A stretch of 36,839 nucleotides of DNA from a virus (lineage: Duplodnaviria; Caudoviricetes), in the IMG/VR virus record IMGVR_UViG_3300002307_001842, positions 1 through 36,839 of that record, one strand, 5' to 3'. How positions within the stretch are numbered: the first letter of the stretch is position 1; each line of letters begins with the position of its first letter. The notes beneath the pieces are model-generated. The model ran no database searches and was not told the origin of the DNA. It was given only the letters and a program-made list of their open reading frames with translations. Shown piece after piece: positions 34,629-36,839 of this stretch. The translations under genes were made by a program, and so were the position numbers.

Positions 34629-36419
34629 ATGTTGAAAAAAAATTATAGGTCGATACTGTTTGCATTACTTGTGATAGGGTTGTTTACAACATTCACAAAT
34701 GGGGTTTTATATCCCGAATATGAGGAAATCCCCTTACCTTACAGTAGTTTCCTTCGAGAAGTTCGTGGACATACTATTAAACGTGTAATCATCGAAGATA
34801 ACAAGTTACTTAAAGGAGAAACACGAAGCGGGGATTGGATCGTTGTTTATACCCCCGAAGATCAACACCTTCTTAACGATTTATTAAAAAATGATGTAGA
34901 AGTTAGAATGGCAACTCCTCCAAAGAAGAATATCTTTTTTGAAATTTTCATTAGCTGGTTCCCAATGTTATTATTAATTGCTGTTTGGATATATTTTATG
35001 CGCAGACAGCCCGGGATGTCAAATAACGGAAGTGGAATGGGTAAAAGTAAACACAAATTACTTAACGAAGTTGGATCAAAGATCACATTTTCAGATGTTG
35101 CAGGGTGTGATGAAGCAAAAAGTGATGTTGTTGAAATTGTTGATTTTCTAAAAGATCCCAAGAAATTTAGTAAACTAGGAGGTAAAATTCCAAGAGGTGT
35201 TTTATTAGTAGGTCCACCAGGAACAGGTAAGACATTACTAGCAAAAGCAGTAGCAGGCGAAGCAGGTGTATCATTCTTTAGTATCTCCGGATCTGACTTT
35301 ATTGAAATGTTTGTCGGAGTGGGCGCAAGTCGTGTTCGCGATATGTTTGTTGAAGCACGTAAAAACGCTCCATGTATTATATTTATCGACGAAATTGACG
35401 CAATCGGCAAAGCTCGTAACGGGAGTATTATGGGCAATGACGAACGCGATCAGACCTTAAATGCATTGCTAGTTGAAATGGACGGGTTCGAGGCATTGAC
35501 AGGAATTATTATTGTTGCTGCTACTAACAGACCCGAAATTCTTGATAAAGCATTGCTACGTCCTGGTAGATTCGATCGACAAGTAACAGTTGGTCTACCG
35601 GATATCAACGGCCGTGAGCAAATTCTTAAAGTTCACACTAAAGATGTACCACTAGCAAAAGACGTTAAACTGCATGACTTAGCACGTGGTACTCCCGGAT
35701 TTAGTGGTGCAGAACTTGCAAATCTTGTCAACGAAGCAAGTATTTTAGCAAGTAAATGTGATCGTGAATCGATTCATATGAAGCATTTTGAAAAGGCTAA
35801 AGACAAGATATTAATGGGAGCAGAACGAAGAACATTTGCAATGAGTGAAGATGAAAAACGGTTAACTGCATACCATGAAGCAGGCCATGCAGTTGTTGGT
35901 TACCTAACACCGGAACATGACCCAATTTATAAAGTAAGTATTATTCCTAGAGGTCGTGCGCTAGGTATCACAATGTTCCTCCCGGAGCGTGATTCAGTTA
36001 GTATGAGTAAACGTAAACTAGAAGGGCAAATTGCAAGCCTTTATGGAGGAAGAATTGCTGAGGAGATCATTGCGGGTGATGACGGAATTACAACTGGTGC
36101 TAGCAATGATATTGAACGAGCTACTATTCTTGCTACTAAAATGATAACAGAATGGGGTATGAGTAAGAATCTACAACCTATCAAATATGTTGAAGAGGAA
36201 GGCGGGTATATCGGTGCAGGGCATAGTCACTTAAAACAAGGATTAGACGAAATTAATAATTTGATCGAAAAGGAAATCGAAGAAGTTATCAAACGTAATT
36301 ACAACCGCGCTAAAAAGATACTTGACGATAATTGGGATAATGTCGAAACGATGGTCACCGCGTTAATGAAATATGAAACGATTAATTTTAAACAAATTGA
36401 GAAGATTATGAAAGGTTGA
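34629..36419 (+). CDS. ftsH: ATP-dependent zinc metalloprotease FtsH
   Basis: Two TMs, [33 protein letters not shown]. Confidence 0.99.
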   Translation: MLKKNYRSILFALLVIGLFTTFTNGVLYPEYEEIPLPYSSFLREVRGHTIKRVIIEDNKLLKGETRSGDWIVVYTPEDQHLLNDLLKNDVEVRMATPPKKNIFFEIFISWFPMLLLIAVWIYFMRRQPGMSNNGSGMGKSKHKLLNEVGSKITFSDVAGCDEAKSDVVEIVDFLKDPKKFSKLGGKIPRGVLLVGPPGTGKTLLAKAVAGEAGVSFFSISGSDFIEMFVGVGASRVRDMFVEARKNAPCIIFIDEIDAIGKARNGSIMGNDERDQTLNALLVEMDGFEALTGIIIVAATNRPEILDKALLRPGRFDRQVTVGLPDINGREQILKVHTKDVPLAKDVKLHDLARGTPGFSGAELANLVNEASILASKCDRESIHMKHFEKAKDKILMGAERRTFAMSEDEKRLTAYHEAGHAVVGYLTPEHDPIYKVSIIPRGRALGITMFLPERDSVSMSKRKLEGQIASLYGGRIAEEIIAGDDGITTGASNDIERATILATKMITEWGMSKNLQPIKYVEEEGGYIGAGHSHLKQGLDEINNLIEKEIEEVIKRNYNRAKKILDDNWDNVETMVTALMKYETINFKQIEKIMKG

Positions 36420-36443
36420 CAGATATTTAATTTCAAGTATAAT
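36416..36443 (+). promoter_or_regulatory. Consensus sigma70 promoter followed by an inverted repeat
   Basis: TTGACA-16 nt-TATAAT; AATAAAGGCTTA/TAAGCCTTTATT immediately after. Confidence 0.75.
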
Positions 36444-36480
36444 AAAGGCTTACTTTAACAATTAAGCCTTTATTTTTGAT

Positions 36481-36660
36481 ATGACAAAAGCAGAACTTAT
36501 AAGTATTCTCAATAAATTTGATGACGATGCCGAAGTCTATGTGCATATAGCATATAACACTTATGATATCAGACAGATTGTTAATTGGGAGGATTTTGCT
36601 GTGTTAAACGCAGGGTCTGTTGTTAACCCCGAACCGTTTAATTTAGATGAGATGGCATAA
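36481..36660 (+). CDS. 59 aa phage protein (MTKAELISILNKFDDDAEV...)
   Basis: ATG 36481 to TAA 36660. Confidence 0.65.
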   Translation: MTKAELISILNKFDDDAEVYVHIAYNTYDIRQIVNWEDFAVLNAGSVVNPEPFNLDEMA

Positions 36661-36662
36661 AA

Positions 36663-36839
36663 ATGAACAACCATTACATACCATCCAAGTGGATTATCAT
36701 TGAAATTTCATCTGCTGAAGATTCCGTTAGAAAGGTACTTGCTTCTTGGTATGGTGGGTATCTTGATGGTGATAGTTGGAGATTGAGTTCTGGTATTACC
36801 AAAGTGGAAGATAAGGGAGACCATTATCTATTTCATAAT
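36663..36839 (+). CDS. Conserved myophage-type hypothetical protein, truncated by the window end
   Basis: KVLASWYGGYLDGDSWRLSSGI motif; open to the edge. Confidence 0.75.
   Translation, partial: MNNHYIPSKWIIIEISSAEDSVRKVLASWYGGYLDGDSWRLSSGITKVEDKGDHYLFHN

Noticed and set aside
2455-35460. Many antisense or alternate-frame ORFs inside dnaK, rimK, ftsH, clpS, GT4 and others
   Set aside because: Shadow frames of well-supported genes, lacking recognisable motifs.
1-36839. CRISPR array, intact transposase/integrase, reverse transcriptase, group I/II intron
   Set aside because: No regularly spaced direct repeats, catalytic motifs or intron core elements were recognised.
1-36839. Bacterial chromosome origin of the window
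   Set aside because: dnaK lacks dnaJ/grpE neighbours, rpsU and ftsH lack their usual operons, and PAAR, late-promoter motifs and many tiny ORFs indicate a phage.

Overview
AT-rich, gene-dense, almost entirely + strand window from a large tailed dsDNA phage (myovirus/jumbo-phage type). Evidence: PAAR spike tip, recurring TAAATA late-promoter-like motifs, sigma70 promoters and scattered tRNAs. The host is probably a beta/gamma-proteobacterium, inferred from DnaK, FtsH, PpiC and an Lpp-like protein. The window carries host-takeover genes for translation (bS21, RimK, six tRNAs, a circularly permuted two-piece tmRNA) and proteostasis (DnaK, Hsp20, ClpS, FtsH, PpiC). It also has a heme oxygenase plus bilin reductase pair, envelope genes, a tRNA-interspersed island of tailoring enzymes (amidinotransferase, oxygenases, glycosyltransferases, sulfotransferase-like, SGNH, PLP enzyme) and several deletion-scarred pseudogenes. 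The most unusual signal is non-coding: (i) a three-hairpin element after rimK that closely matches 23S rRNA H69-H70 sequence; (ii) a ~450 nt heavily structured ORF-free region; (iii) the permuted tmRNA with a 26-codon tag; (iv) a family of long-stem RNA cassettes abutting tRNA/tmRNA ends; (v) a ~195 nt structured RNA behind tRNA-Thr; (vi) ROSE-like thermometers on dnaK and hsp20. All calls are from reading the sequence by eye; no searches were run.
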